64,000 nucleotides of DNA from Ramazzottius varieornatus (Eukaryota; Animalia; Tardigrada), in NCBI GenBank assembly GCA_001949185.1, contig BDGG01000004.1, positions 1,451,620-1,515,619 on the forward strand, read 5' to 3'. The notes under the pieces were generated by a model. That model had not been told where the DNA came from. It did no database searches and saw only the letters and a list, made by a program, of their open reading frames with translations. How positions within the stretch are numbered: the stretch's first letter is position 1; each line of letters begins with the position of its first letter. Below, in pieces: positions 52,121 to 64,000 of this stretch. Made by a program: the position numbers and the translations under genes.

Positions 52121-52128
52121 TATTTATA
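52121..52128 (-). promoter_or_regulatory. Candidate TATA box of EFHD
   Basis: GGGTATAAATAG on the minus strand about 160 bp upstream of the ATG. Confidence 0.45.
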
Positions 52129-52612
52129 CCCCAGCGGTCAGCTTCGGCGCTCGAATCCTGCCAATCCCAACTGTACAGTCTCTTTGGAGCAGTGAGTAAT
52201 AGTCAACAGTCAACACTGACGACAACGCAGCAGCACCACCAGAAATTGAGAGGAAAATAGAAACATCAAAATTTGAACAGTTTGTTTGCGTTTCTAATGT
52301 TCCATGTTTCCATCAGTGTCATGCCATTGATTTCCATTGGTTTGAACTCCAATGAACATGAGCTGGTGTGGGCGTTTCACTTTTCTGCAGTGCGCCGCAG
52401 CAGAATCCTGCATATCCTTCGTTTACCAATCAAAAGTACCATAGGCGGATAGATTCTAAGATGCAGAGTATGCAGGTTCGAACAACTGAGTGCCCGAACT
52501 CACTTGTTGACCACGGGTCAACCGAAATTTTGTCCGTAGTAAAAGAGCTGTACTTGCTTGATATAGCGTCGAAGCCATTCCAGAGCAGACGAGATTCTCC
52601 GTCAGAAGGCTA

Positions 52613-53806
52613 ATAACTTGCTGTACCGTACCCGGCTGTAAGACGACTGTCAATGCAAGGAAGGATATTCAAGTCATAATTATGTCCCACATGCTACGGA
52701 ACCAGCAAGCAGAGCCACGTGGGCGAGATTCTGTGGGAAGGAAGATGCTTCGAGTACCAGCCGAGATGCCGTCATGTGCGAAAAGCTTTTTTCGCCATCC
52801 GCTTTTCTGACACGTAATTACGAAAATGTACCAGACGGAAGGAAGACGCTGTTCCCGAATATAACTCCCCAGGCGATCTTCGAAAATTTTGGGTACATCA
52901 GTCATCCTAGAGACCTTTCTCTTAAGAAACTACCCCCGACAGCCTCAAGTCGTCATTCCTCACCGTAAGTAGAAACGTAGCCCTGTAGAATAGCGCTCAA
53001 ATATAAACGGTATAGTTTTCCCAGAATGGGATTTTGTGGATGTCGCCGATATACAGTATTCGACTTCCCTCAGCGCTCATCCCTCATTTGACAACCTTCG
53101 TGCAGGAAAGTGTCTTTCATAATCGCACCACACCGCCTGTTTCTCCTACATGCATGTACCGTATTGTACCACCTTTGAACGGAAACTGTCCTTTACTGAG
53201 TAATGTTCACTGGCTTCTATAATCAAAGATCACGCAATGCCATCTTCTGGTTATCGCTGACGTCAGGAGCTATGGTCAAAACGTCCGACCATCTTCGAGA
53301 CCTGTCGGGGAAGTCCTTCTACGTTACACGCATATGCGAAGGCCTTGGCGAGCTGCAGAATTGGGCAACCAACACTGGTATAGGGTGAAGTTTTTCGAAC
53401 GTCTGCAGCTCGATCCCTGACATCGTTCGCGGATGAGCGAGTTTCTCATTTCATCTTCACCAGCTTCCAAGAAGAAGTATCGGGTCGTTCCCACGCGTCC
53501 TTTCCGGTTAACCACATAAATTAGTACGGTACATGGTGTCTGAAGTTTAGGTGCAACGCGTGTCGCGACCTTCGGAACAAACTGGAACGGCGAATACGTA
53601 TGGAAATCAAAAGACCTGAACAGCAGGACTTCTTTATCACACCCGAAAGAGAAGGGAGACGCCATAAACGTAAAACGGAGAACCAGAGGGAGCGGAGAAT
53701 GGCTAAGAAGATGGCCAATACAGCGAACCCAGACATTCCACTTCCGGTCATCTACGAGTTCATGGATAACACTGTCAACCAGAGCGTAGGACATCTTCCA
53801 AAGTGA
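52613..53806 (+). pseudogene. THAP-domain (C2CH) gene, apparently pseudogenised
   Basis: CCTVPGC (52619-52639), frameshift, then YVP...RATW...VMCEKLFSPSAF...LFPNITPQAIF (THAP P/W/C-H-F/AVPTIF pattern with His replaced by Leu). Later exons give ICEG...RCNACRDLR. Confidence 0.65.
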
Positions 53807-54132
53807 GCTCAGAAAGCCGGGAGCCAGACGCACTGATATCTTTAATAGCCAATAGAAACAATAAGTACTAGTAAGAAGAACATGGTTCACGCAACATTCA
53901 TGACATTTACAGAGCAGAAGCTTTCATTGTGATATGAATAAACTACTGCTAATATCGGTAGAGAAGAATTATGAAAAGAGGCGTAGCAGATGGGGGACAG
54001 GCACGTCGACAAAGGCACAATAACGTATGATGTGAACCGGAAGTACCGATAAGTTCCAAAACGCAAAAAAGAAAGCATGGGAAAGAGAAACATAGTGATA
54101 AGTGATATCCGTCGTGAGTTCCTGTAGGTCCC

Positions 54133-57100
54133 TCACAAGTTCCATGCTTCCAGATCTTGAATCTTCTTCAAGGCTCGTGGGTTCTGAGATTCTGTTATGA
54201 TGGCCTTCTTTCCTGTAATAACAAAGTAATTTCCATATCGGAAGTTGTTCATAACTATACGCAGAAAAAGGGGTGCGGCCTACCAAAACAGTGGACTGTG
54301 GCGCTTGATACTGCCGTGCCGGACGCGTTGGTCGCTGAAAATTAGCACGAAGATGAGCAAAGTACCGTAATGGACAAACAGCGTAAACTGCCAGTTTGCT
54401 CACCTTTGACACTGTATTCTCCATTGTCGCGAGGAAACACGTACATCATGTCAAGAGCAACATAGTCCATGTCATGGGTGAAGCGGACTCGAGAGCCGGT
54501 ATTCAGTGGTCTGCAAGCAAAATTAATGTATTCATGCACCACACCCACCGGTAGCAGGATGGAAAGAGTAAAGTGGTCACGCACCTTCCGTTAAAAAACC
54601 ATTCGATCTTCATAGAAGGATCACCGACCGGCTGGAGGCTAGCCTCCAAGTGGACTGACTGTCCTTCCTTGATTTTGCCGGGCGGTCCGCGCAACTGCTG
54701 GGTGAATACTGGTGGCTGTCGAGGTGCTTCATCGTAGTTGGCCTGCGGCTTGTAGTTCAGCATATCTTCCAGTTCGCGGATCTTTTCGGCTCCTCCGGGC
54801 GCCTGAGATTCCAAGATGATCGAAGCGCGAGCTACGGACCAGAAAAAATGAAACGAATTTTGACCAGACTGCTACCGTGATGGTTTGCACTTACCTCTGA
54901 CTTGAATGCGCACTGATGACGTGTTTGATCCCAAAGCGTTTGTAGCTGAAACAAGAAAGAAAATCAGAACCGGAGTTTACTACCAGCAGGTTACCCCGGG
55001 ACCCGATGCTCGGGTAATCGTGCGCAGGGTTCAGTCGACGCAAAAACTGAAAAAAGTACAAATACACCTACCCTTGATTGAATATTCGCCTGAATCCTCT
55101 GGAATAACGGTCAAAATATCCAAGCCGATCGCGCCAAAATCGTTGAAGGCTCGGAAACGCGATCCTGTGTGAACTGGTCGACCATCTTTGAACCACTCGA
55201 TCTACAAAATGTAAGCAAAAGCTAGAATAATATTCTTTACAATTTCTTAATGAGAAAACCCGCCTGCAAAGTGTGGTCGTTGGGCGGGTGGATGGTGCAC
55301 TCCAGATGGACGCTTTGTCCCTCATGAAGTTCGGGAACGGGCTGCAGCGGCTCAGTGAACGTAGGTGGCGCTGTGGGTCGATCTTCCTGGATGTTATCGG
55401 GAATATAGCCAGGACCATTTTCGTAGCTTTCCAAGTCTCGGATCTTGTCCAAGCTCGCGGCGTACTGCGGGTCAGAGACGATTCCGCCACGACCAATGAC
55501 TTTCAAGAAGGTCTTGGACTCGGAAGTACCGAGCGAGTTCGTGGCGACTATGGTGTACTCTCCGGCGTCACGGACCTGGATGTCGTTTACGTCCAGCGAG
55601 CAGAAACCAAAGTCGAAGGTGGTTCGTGTTCGCGAACCATTCGAGACTGGTCGGCCATTGATGTACCATTCCACCTTCATGTTAGGGTCGCCGCGTGGCT
55701 CCACTTGAGCTTCCAGACGCAGTCGTTCGCCTTCGTTGAAATCAGGCAGACGAGGAAGCTGCTCGACAAACTGCGGTTCGTGCTTGGAGAAGTCATTATA
55801 GGTCCATTCTTTCGAGAAGTCCTTGTATTCCAAATCAGCAATCTTCTGAAGACCTTCGGGATGCTGGGTTTCCAACAGAAGGCCGGGCTTGCCTATCAAA
55901 ATAATAATTTGCTCCGTTCAACGTACACAAGCATTTCTCTTTCTCAAACCCGTAACCACGAGGTTTCTCAATCATAGCACATACCTGCAACTCTAATGGT
56001 CGCAGAAGAGCTGTCAGTACCGAGGCTGTTGGTAGCCCTAACAGTAAACGAGCCTGTATCCTCTGGGTAGGCACCAGCAATATCCAAAGTAACGATGCCG
56101 AAATCCTGTAAACACGTCATTGCATCATCGCGGAAATGAATACATACCGTGTGGCGGCTCCCCCTCTGTTCTGAATGGAAGAAAGGCTTACGTGGTGAGG
56201 TCGAAGTCGCTGACCAGTTTGGATAAGTCTGTTATTGTGAAACCACTCGATGACGACGTATGGGTCATTTCTGGGTTCAATGCGGGTCTCCAGATGAACG
56301 TAGTCTCCCTCGGTCAGGTCTCCGGCAGGCGTTACTACCAACTGCTCTTGGAAGCTTGGCTTGACAACGCTCTTTCCTTTTGCTATAAATAAGCACACCA
56401 TGATTAGACAAAGCTATTTATAAAGATAGTCGACTAGCATCCGGAAGTGAAACTTACATTGGCAGCTCAAGCGGCAGCTCGTTTCTGCTCGTCCAAGCGA
56501 GTTAGTTGCCCTAAGCAGGTATACCCCAGAATCTTCGGCTCTTGCGTCCAAAACACTCAAAGTGACAAGACCAAAATCGTAAAATGTTGCCAAACGTGAT
56601 CCTGTAGACAGTAGAGAACATTATTCACTTTATAATAATTAATATTTTCCTGACTATATTCCCTGTGGATATCGTACCCAATCGAAGAGCTTGACCATTG
56701 AAGAACCATTCAATCTTCATGAGCGGGTCGTTTGCCGGTTTTAGCGTAGCCTGAAGTCTTAGTGGTTCTCCTTCTTCCACCGACAGATTCTCTGCCAGTC
56801 TTTCAGTGAACTCTGGCTTCTCAGTGCTGCGGTCTTCATGGATATTCTCCTGAATGAAGCGAGAACCGCCATCCATACCCTGGGTCTCTCCTGGGCTGAC
56901 ATGTGTCGTGGTTTTTCCAGCTGCAAACAGTAATCACACAATATATTTCACCATTTTCCAATCTTCCCTGCTAGTGAAGAAATCAATCATTGTAATTTTG
57001 TGGTACTTACCAACAACTGTAAGTCTTCCCTGTGTGGCAGCATCGCCAGCAGCATTGGTAACATAGCACTGGTAGACTCCAGAATCCTCCGGGCGTACTC

Positions 57101-60100
57101 CGATGATATCCAGTGACAATCGTCCGAAGCTTTCCTGGATGAGAATCCGGTTACCTGTAAACGAACCCGTGAGACTTATACATGAAAAATGTCAAGCGCT
57201 AATATTCCATTTGGGAGGAAGTCAGTTGGGCAGTACTTGTTTGCACGTTTTGTCCATCCTTTGTCCAGATGACTTTCAAGCTGGAATCTCCCACGAGCTG
57301 TGGAATCAAACAGCAGTCAAAATGAGCACGCTCTCCTTCGCGCAAGTCCATAATATCGTGGATATTGCTGGTGAATTCCGGAAGGTGCCCATCCTCGTCA
57401 GAGTCCACCTGGTTGTACTGGCTTTCCTGTTGAAAGCTCTGGCTACTCTGTCGCTCCACTTTGCGCATCGACTTGTTCTTCCATTCGGTCTGTTCCTGGT
57501 TAGCCACAAAGTGCTTCTTGGCCAAGAAGGAAGGAGCTCCACGCGCACCGGAAGCGGTCGGAGGCATACCCGAAGAACCATTCTGATATCCTTGTTGCTG
57601 TTGTTGTTGCGGACGTTGCACCGGGGATGGGTGGACCTGTTGTCCGCGCAGATTCTGTTGTTGGTGCCACTGCTGGTTTTGCTGGTTATTGTAGCCATCT
57701 TGCTGCTGCTGCAGATTGATGCTTGCAGTTTGACGTTGTTGCTGCTGTTGGTTTTGCTGATAGTTCTGTTGGGAGTGATTCGATTGATTGGTTGAGCTTT
57801 GTTGAGTGTACTGCTGTTGTTGGTTAGCGTAAGTTCCTTGTTGATTGACTTGATTCTGTTGGCTATTCGACTGTTGACCAAACTTGTTTGTCTGGCTCTG
57901 GCTTTGGCCGGGGTTTTGGGTAGTCCATTGTTGGGTCGAAGTTTGGACGTTGGGGTTCTGCGAAGACCATTGCTGGGTGGTCTGAGTAATGGTTGTCTGG
58001 CCGGGGTTCTGGGAGGTCTGTTGGGAGTACTGGACTCGCCCTTGTTGGTTCTGCCCAGCTATTCCAGAGTTCGCTTGGAAGTTTCCACCAGCCTGCTGTC
58101 CAGGTTTGGTAGGCACCGCAGGGGCATTGTGTTGCATCGTCATGGTCGCCATGTTTTGCTCGATGTTAGGGAGATTTGCAGGAGACCTATAAGCAAAACA
58201 ACCGAGCGTAAAACCAACGAACAAAAATAGCAAAATTTACATACTACTGTGGATTGGAGAACAATAATGGAAAGTACGAAGAATAAAAAATTAAGTTGAA
58301 AGTGACGAAGCCGCAGTAAAATAGCTAGACGTACAGTCAAAATAACTTGGTTGGGTATCACACTTGATAAGAGGTCGCCAGTCAACTGCGCTTTGCGAGA
58401 TGACTCTTGAACATAATTTCGCTCTGATTAACTCCAGAGAGCCGATTATGAAGAGCTCTACGGTATTTGCCTTATAGTTTAGACGTCCATTACTAGCAAT
58501 AGTGACACAACGTAAGCGGAAAGATGTGAGTAGGAAGGCAGACATTTGTTGACAAATGGGCAGGAAAAACAAACACCCCACAAATAATCCGTCAGATTTG
58601 CTCGTGTGATTTACCATATTTAGCCACTTGCATAATGATGGCCAACGAAAATCACATCATGACATGCCTGTCTCCTCCGTCTCGTCACAGCTTGATTCAT
58701 CTCATTCCGTATGTGTAAAAATGGCGATTAAAAAGTGCTGCTGCTTGACTAAAGGCATCTTCTTAATCCAAGGTGCCAACGAGAAGCACCTCCGCATACT
58801 CTGGTCGAGTGGACTCCTTGGGCTCTTCGCGGCTCAGTAACTCTCTTCGGCCAGCTACCGCATGACCGGCACAAGTATGCTTGCTCTTGCAGGTTAACAG
58901 TGCATAATCACAACTAGTTGACATTCTTGATCTTTAATTAAAAATGAGCATCTCAACTTAGTCTCCCACAGATGGACGGCTTCGAAGGATGATCAACTGT
59001 TATCGAATTGCGAGTTCTCGCTCTCGAACAGCTCAATTGTTCCCCCACCTAACCTATGAAAAACGCGCAGATTATATCCCTTCTCTCCCTCAAAGCTCGA
59101 TGAGCAGATAACGGGGTTGTTTTTGGAGAACCCACAACCACTCACATCGAAAAAAATGCATGTGAAGTCTGATCTTTGCCTAATTGAAGTCAAATATTCA
59201 AGAGCGAATTATCTATGCAGTCCTCGACGTGCTGTTCAACTCCGGAGGAATCTACATTTTTCTCTTAGGGTAGCAGATGCTATGTCGGTGTCACACGATC
59301 GGCCTCATATCTTGTGCAAAAAAGATTGCAAAAATGGCGATGATTACTAACGGTGTGAAATGCCTGTAATTTGCAAAGATAGCCTATAATTATGTTGTGT
59401 TATCAACAAAGCAACGGAACCACAATCGGCGAACCTTCCCACCCAAACAAAATCGACCTAAGTAAGCTTTCCCACCAGCTGCTATCAGTAATTCGACATT
59501 TCAATCACAATACTTTTCGAAATTTCATTCTCACTTACTGCGGAATTATGACTGCCGAGCTTTTGTAGACTTTGGGTTCTTGGGCTGGCGTCGGTGCTTG
59601 ACGAGCTGCAAAAGCGAAAACCATATTAAAAACAGTCCCGAAGGTTGAAGATAGAAATAATTCAAAACTTGCGGCTCGTCACAATAGACAGAGGTTAAGT
59701 ATAAACAATATAGAAGTTTGAGTTTACGGAGTGTCAGCTTTTCAAAGCGCGATGCTGGTGGAAGAGTCGCACTTTTTTGCTGATTACGGTCGGAGCGTTT
59801 CGGGCGTGCTCGTAAAGTGCAACATGAAATGCCCATGCAATAGTGCCAGGTCGCTCTGTAGGGTAGCAGCTGTTGCGGTCAGCAACAACCAGTTTGCAGC
59901 CGGAAGTGGTCTGTCATGAACCAACTTACACGGCTCAGCTGTTCTATGGGCACAATACCACAGCTGTCATTGCCTTTAGACCGCCGCTTTATGACCGCTA
60001 AAGTCCTTCACTAAAATCTCGCTCGACAAACCGGGTCATAAAGCCTCAATTACAAAACCTAAGCAGACTATTTCCCCATGAAAATCTAAATATACAGAAA

Positions 60101-61829
60101 TGAATTCTCCACCGCTTATCCCTTTACGGCACCTGACGAGAAGAGCAGCCTAATAACGGCACAGAGTGCTAAGGATGCAAAGTTGACAGAAGGACTTACC
60201 CGTAAAGATAGCAATATCGGATAATTTGTCCGCTCGCAATTGCGTATACTATATCCGAGGAGCAAACTAACTTCACAATCGAGCTGCCAAAAACACTTTC
60301 TCGAGAACTTTCCCAGACTTCGGTTTGTTCACTATCCGTACTCGTACATAAGAAGCGAGGAACCAACTGGCGCCGCGCTGAGTAAAAAGCCCACTCTCGA
60401 AACGTCAGTTCTCCACAAGGACCACCAAGATGGATGGTGTCGTGAATATTCTGATGAGTCAGTAACGACCGGCGTTGATATCACCGTAGACTATGTGGTA
60501 CTAGTGAGGGTTTCCGGCCCACGTTCAATATTGCTTTCTTCGTTCAGAAGGCTATACAGTGACTAATATGCCAAGTACCTTATATGGCATACCATCTCAT
60601 CTGCTGAGTCGCCTCAAGAAAGCCTCGACTGTATGATATGTTCTCGAGCCAACAACTGCCACCACCATTCAACATGGTCAATCATAACTTACCCAGATTC
60701 GTAAGCAGCAAACACTGATTGATCAGGACTAAAGATACGAGTTGTCTCCCCCATAAATACAGAGCACCTCGACCATGACGGCTCTCGCGACCATCGAGAC
60801 AGAATCTTTGACACGTTGTTCGCAACGCCGCTCATCAAGTCTTTCAGCTTGTTACATATTTTGCCCGAAGAAAGAAGTCACATTCAGAGGCAATCGGCTT
60901 TTTAAATTCATGGCGGCTGTTACGGCTAATTGCGGTCGCGTCCGACACTGACCAACTGTCACGGTCAATCCGCGCACACATTACTTAGACGGAGACCTCG
61001 ATGGTTTCCGGTCAGCTATTATTCACACCGAATCACGCGACTGTCGAGTCTGCTGTTCGATCGGCCATCAGCTTCCTACTTCCTGCCGCATTATGAGATT
61101 ACAGACAAGGGCTCCTCATTGGATAGTTCAGGTAGAACTAATATTTCTCTCGTCCTGCCTATTTCTCTCGTTTTGCGCGTTCTTTGTGGGAAGAGTTAGT
61201 CTAATAAAAACCCATCTTGTACGATACAAAAAGCTTCATGTTTTGCGGTTGCCGACAGCCTCACTTCCTTTGTGTACTTGAAGAACCCTCGCACAAAAGA
61301 CCTTATTTTTCTGCCGACGTGATTGAGCGGAACTGTTGGATGCGCAAACAAACTCCTCAGTGCGGCGGAAGCGACAAAAATAAGTTGTTGTACATTTGCC
61401 TACAGACTACTGGAGAAGCAGTTTTCTTGACAACTTCAGACGCGGCGACTCACGTAGCTTAATTGGCTCTTCGCTGCATGCATATATACATCAAGGTCTT
61501 CTTCCTCGTCTGCCGTGTCACATCAATTCACCCTTCAAAATTCCACCATTCATCTGAACGACATCTTGTCTACCACTGGTACCAGTTTTCTTACAAAACC
61601 TTTGTCGGTTATCTTCCGATTCCTGTCTATGACACCACACCGACAACTAGTGCACGCGATAAAGTGACGGTGTTGGTTTCAAGTACCCAGCCCACACAAT
61701 ACGCGAAAACCCAACCGACCCGTTACCCAGGTCACTTACAGCCGAGCTTTCGCCTTGTGATATTCTTTAGTTTCGAGTGATAACCCAATCGAGAGACTTA
61801 CCGTTATTCCAAGGTAGACCGGAAGACAT
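54133..61829 (-). CDS. Short kettin/sallimus-like muscle protein: Q/N-rich N-terminus plus 6 I-set Ig domains
   Basis: Six repeats of P.F...L...EG..VHLE..P..DP.MKIEWF.NG...G.R...DFG...LDI....EDSGEY...ATN.LG, with kettin-type linkers (ETQHPEGLQKIADLE, ESQAPGGAEKIRELE). Stop after IQDLEAWNL at 54133. Core exon starts at 58186 (internal ATG 58152); upstream exons 61802-61829 and 59539-59605 are phase-compatible but inferred. Confidence 0.85.
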
Positions 61830-62965
61830 TTTGGGGTTGCTCACGCGGTGTTATATCTCCAATGTTATTCCGAAGCTGTAGACATACGAAGTGGGTGGAT
61901 GGGTGTTCGGAAGCCGCCGTCTTCCGGGATCGCCCAGCGTAGAAATCTTTGATTCTGCAAATGCACAAAGCGTCTGTCAGTAAGCCGATTACAAATACAG
62001 CAAAAAACTGGTCAAGAGGTTCAATCAAGGGCCGATTACTCGCAAAACTGATGATAAGGCTGTTGGATTTTTATGAGCGTGCTTTCTCTATCACTTGAGT
62101 GAGGCCCATGCTAGACTGTATCCTCTACAGCGACCGTCGCAAAATCGTTCGTCTCGATCAACTGTACGGAAAACTTGCGTCTATAAATGTGATCGTTTCA
62201 ACTGCTAGAATGTTGCGGATCTTCTTCTTGTGCGTCACGGACTGGCTGACACGAAGAATGTCTCGGATAATGTTACAGCATTATGGAACGTGATAACTTT
62301 TCCTTTCCTCTCTTGAGTCTCTCATCGAAAGCTCGATGATTATTTCATCCAGTTATCGCCGCAAGATTGAATCACTCCATGCTTCTCACAGCAGTAGCAA
62401 GAACCCTCGGAGAGATATGAAAGATACCCATACAGTCTCAGTAATGATTAAACTACGAGAACGCAGGACTTCGTAGCGCAACCAGGAGTTTCCCGTGCGA
62501 GAACTTACAATGGACTTCCGGATCCCTACTGCTTCAACTATCAGACCAATCGGCTAGTCAAGACATCACGATACTGTGTCCTAAAACCAAAGAACAACCG
62601 AAAGGAGGTGAAGTTTACTGAACTTAAATCGCAATCGTCAAGGAGAATAAACGGAACGAGCTTACTGTGCATGCAAGTGATGCATGATGCGTAGACAGGT
62701 CCACAAGAACATGCACGCGCATCAAATTGCCATTAATCAAGAAGTCAGAAAGTCAAGCGTCGTCCAGAACCGGGCCTGTATACCAGGAAATAAATACTAT
62801 GGACCATCGGGACCCCCATCGAACTTCAGTCCATGCATCCTTCGGTGTCACCTGCCGTGGTTCGCTCGAAGAATGTCCGATTAAACAGGAAACAAGGTTA
62901 AATTATGACTCTATTGTTGCTGTTCATGCAGATCCGGTCACTACGGCGGAGCCTCGGAATTGTGT

Positions 62966-64000
62966 TTACGCCCATATCTGCAACAAACAAGGTCGCGATT
63001 AAAGTCTATAGATTATAGTATAGCGTACTTCAGGACCAGCAACACCGAGACTCACTCTTATTGTTTGATCCCAGCTGGCTGTACACAGTGCAGTTCCATC
63101 AGGCGATACGCGAAGATGGCTGACGCGGTTCTCGTGTCCATACAGAATTCCCACACGTTCACATTTCAAGGAGTCCCATATGTTGACGATATGGTCGTTG
63201 TATCCGCCAAACAGCAAACGGCCTGTACCAAATACAGTATATATTATCCCGCCAATCTTTCAGATTGATTAAACACCTAAAAGAGCATCTGTTCCTACCA
63301 CTGACAGAGAAGTCGACAGCGTTAATGCCAAATAGGATAGCATCACGACCGTAACAGGCAATCTCACGTTCGGCTCGAACATCGAAAAGACGAGCCTGCA
63401 GAGAGAATAGCTATAGGTCTCTAGTACCTTCCTTTCTGTGCTCATGGCGAAACAAAATTCATTATCGAAATCGACTCTTACCGTTCCGTCGTCTGAGCCG
63501 GTAGCAAATGCTTCTCCACTTGGATAGTACCGAACTGAATTCACGTCCGCCACATGTCCCTCGAACTGCTGGACGCACTCGCCATTGCGGAGATCCCATA
63601 TGCGAGCGGTTTGGTCACTTGACTGTAACAAAAGAGGAGCTAGGTACAAGACCGTTTCCGATCAGAGCGATTTTTGTATAACATACACCGGAAACAAAGG
63701 TGGCTGTCTCCGAAGGACACAGGTCGATCGCCATCACGTCCCGCTCGTGTCCGTGGAAGCTCTGAATGATCTGGGCGCTCTCGACGTCCCACAGCGCACA
63801 CGTACAATCACCGCTCGAAGTGAGTATCTACATAAAGATCGAAAACCAGGTTAGAGCTTTTCTAACCGGATAATAATAACTTCAAGCATGATGATTTTCA
63901 CCTGCTGATCGGAATGGGCGAATTTGCATCCGGAAAGATAGCTCGTGTGAGTTGCGACGGTCTTTTTCCTCTGCGAGGCATCTTCGTCTACGCTGAGTGT
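62966..64000 (-). CDS. GNB5: G protein beta-5 subunit, 3' part (5' end outside the window)
   Basis: [82 protein letters not shown], and terminal exon IWA* typical of G-beta-5. Confidence 0.94.

Noticed and set aside
52300-53890. CCATGTT...AACATGG as P-element TIRs around the THAP gene
   Set aside because: Only a 7-bp match and no 8-bp TSD.
1-64000. CRISPR arrays, operons, bacterial defence systems or horizontally acquired bacterial genes
   Set aside because: No repeat-spacer arrays were seen, and all recognised genes are intron-containing metazoan types.

Overview
This is eukaryotic DNA from a compact, intron-rich animal genome: GT-AG introns mostly 50-100 bp and tightly packed housekeeping genes. 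A tardigrade such as Ramazzottius is plausible, but that is inference only. There are no prokaryotic features, and I recognised no rRNA, tRNA or CRISPR array. Positions 1-13 kb are gene-poor and carry a probable fossil hAT transposase and candidate 5'-UTR exons. Spliced genes follow in this order: ZNF608/609 (scribbler/brakeless)-like (+), SAR1 (-), USO1/p115 (-), a full-length but frameshifted two-gene PIF/Harbinger transposon (25305-28121, 38-bp TIRs, AAT TSD) probably inside the 5'-UTR intron of SRP14 (+), 4E-BP (-), LRPAP1/RAP (+), NFU1 (-), CNOT2 (-), HFM1/MER3 (-), FAH (+), RING1/Sce (-), ORMDL (+), EFHD/swiprosin (-), a THAP-domain pseudogene (+), a 6-Ig mini-kettin with a Q/N-rich N-terminus (-) and the 3' part of GNB5 (-). 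Two hAT-type MITEs lie at 43.7 kb and 44.9 kb. The best leads are the mini-kettin with a prion-like domain and alternative first exons, an FAH with intact catalytic residues but altered fumarate-binding residues, the Harbinger inside the SRP14 leader intron, and a MER3 with a DEDH motif. All exon structures were assembled by eye and no database searches were run.
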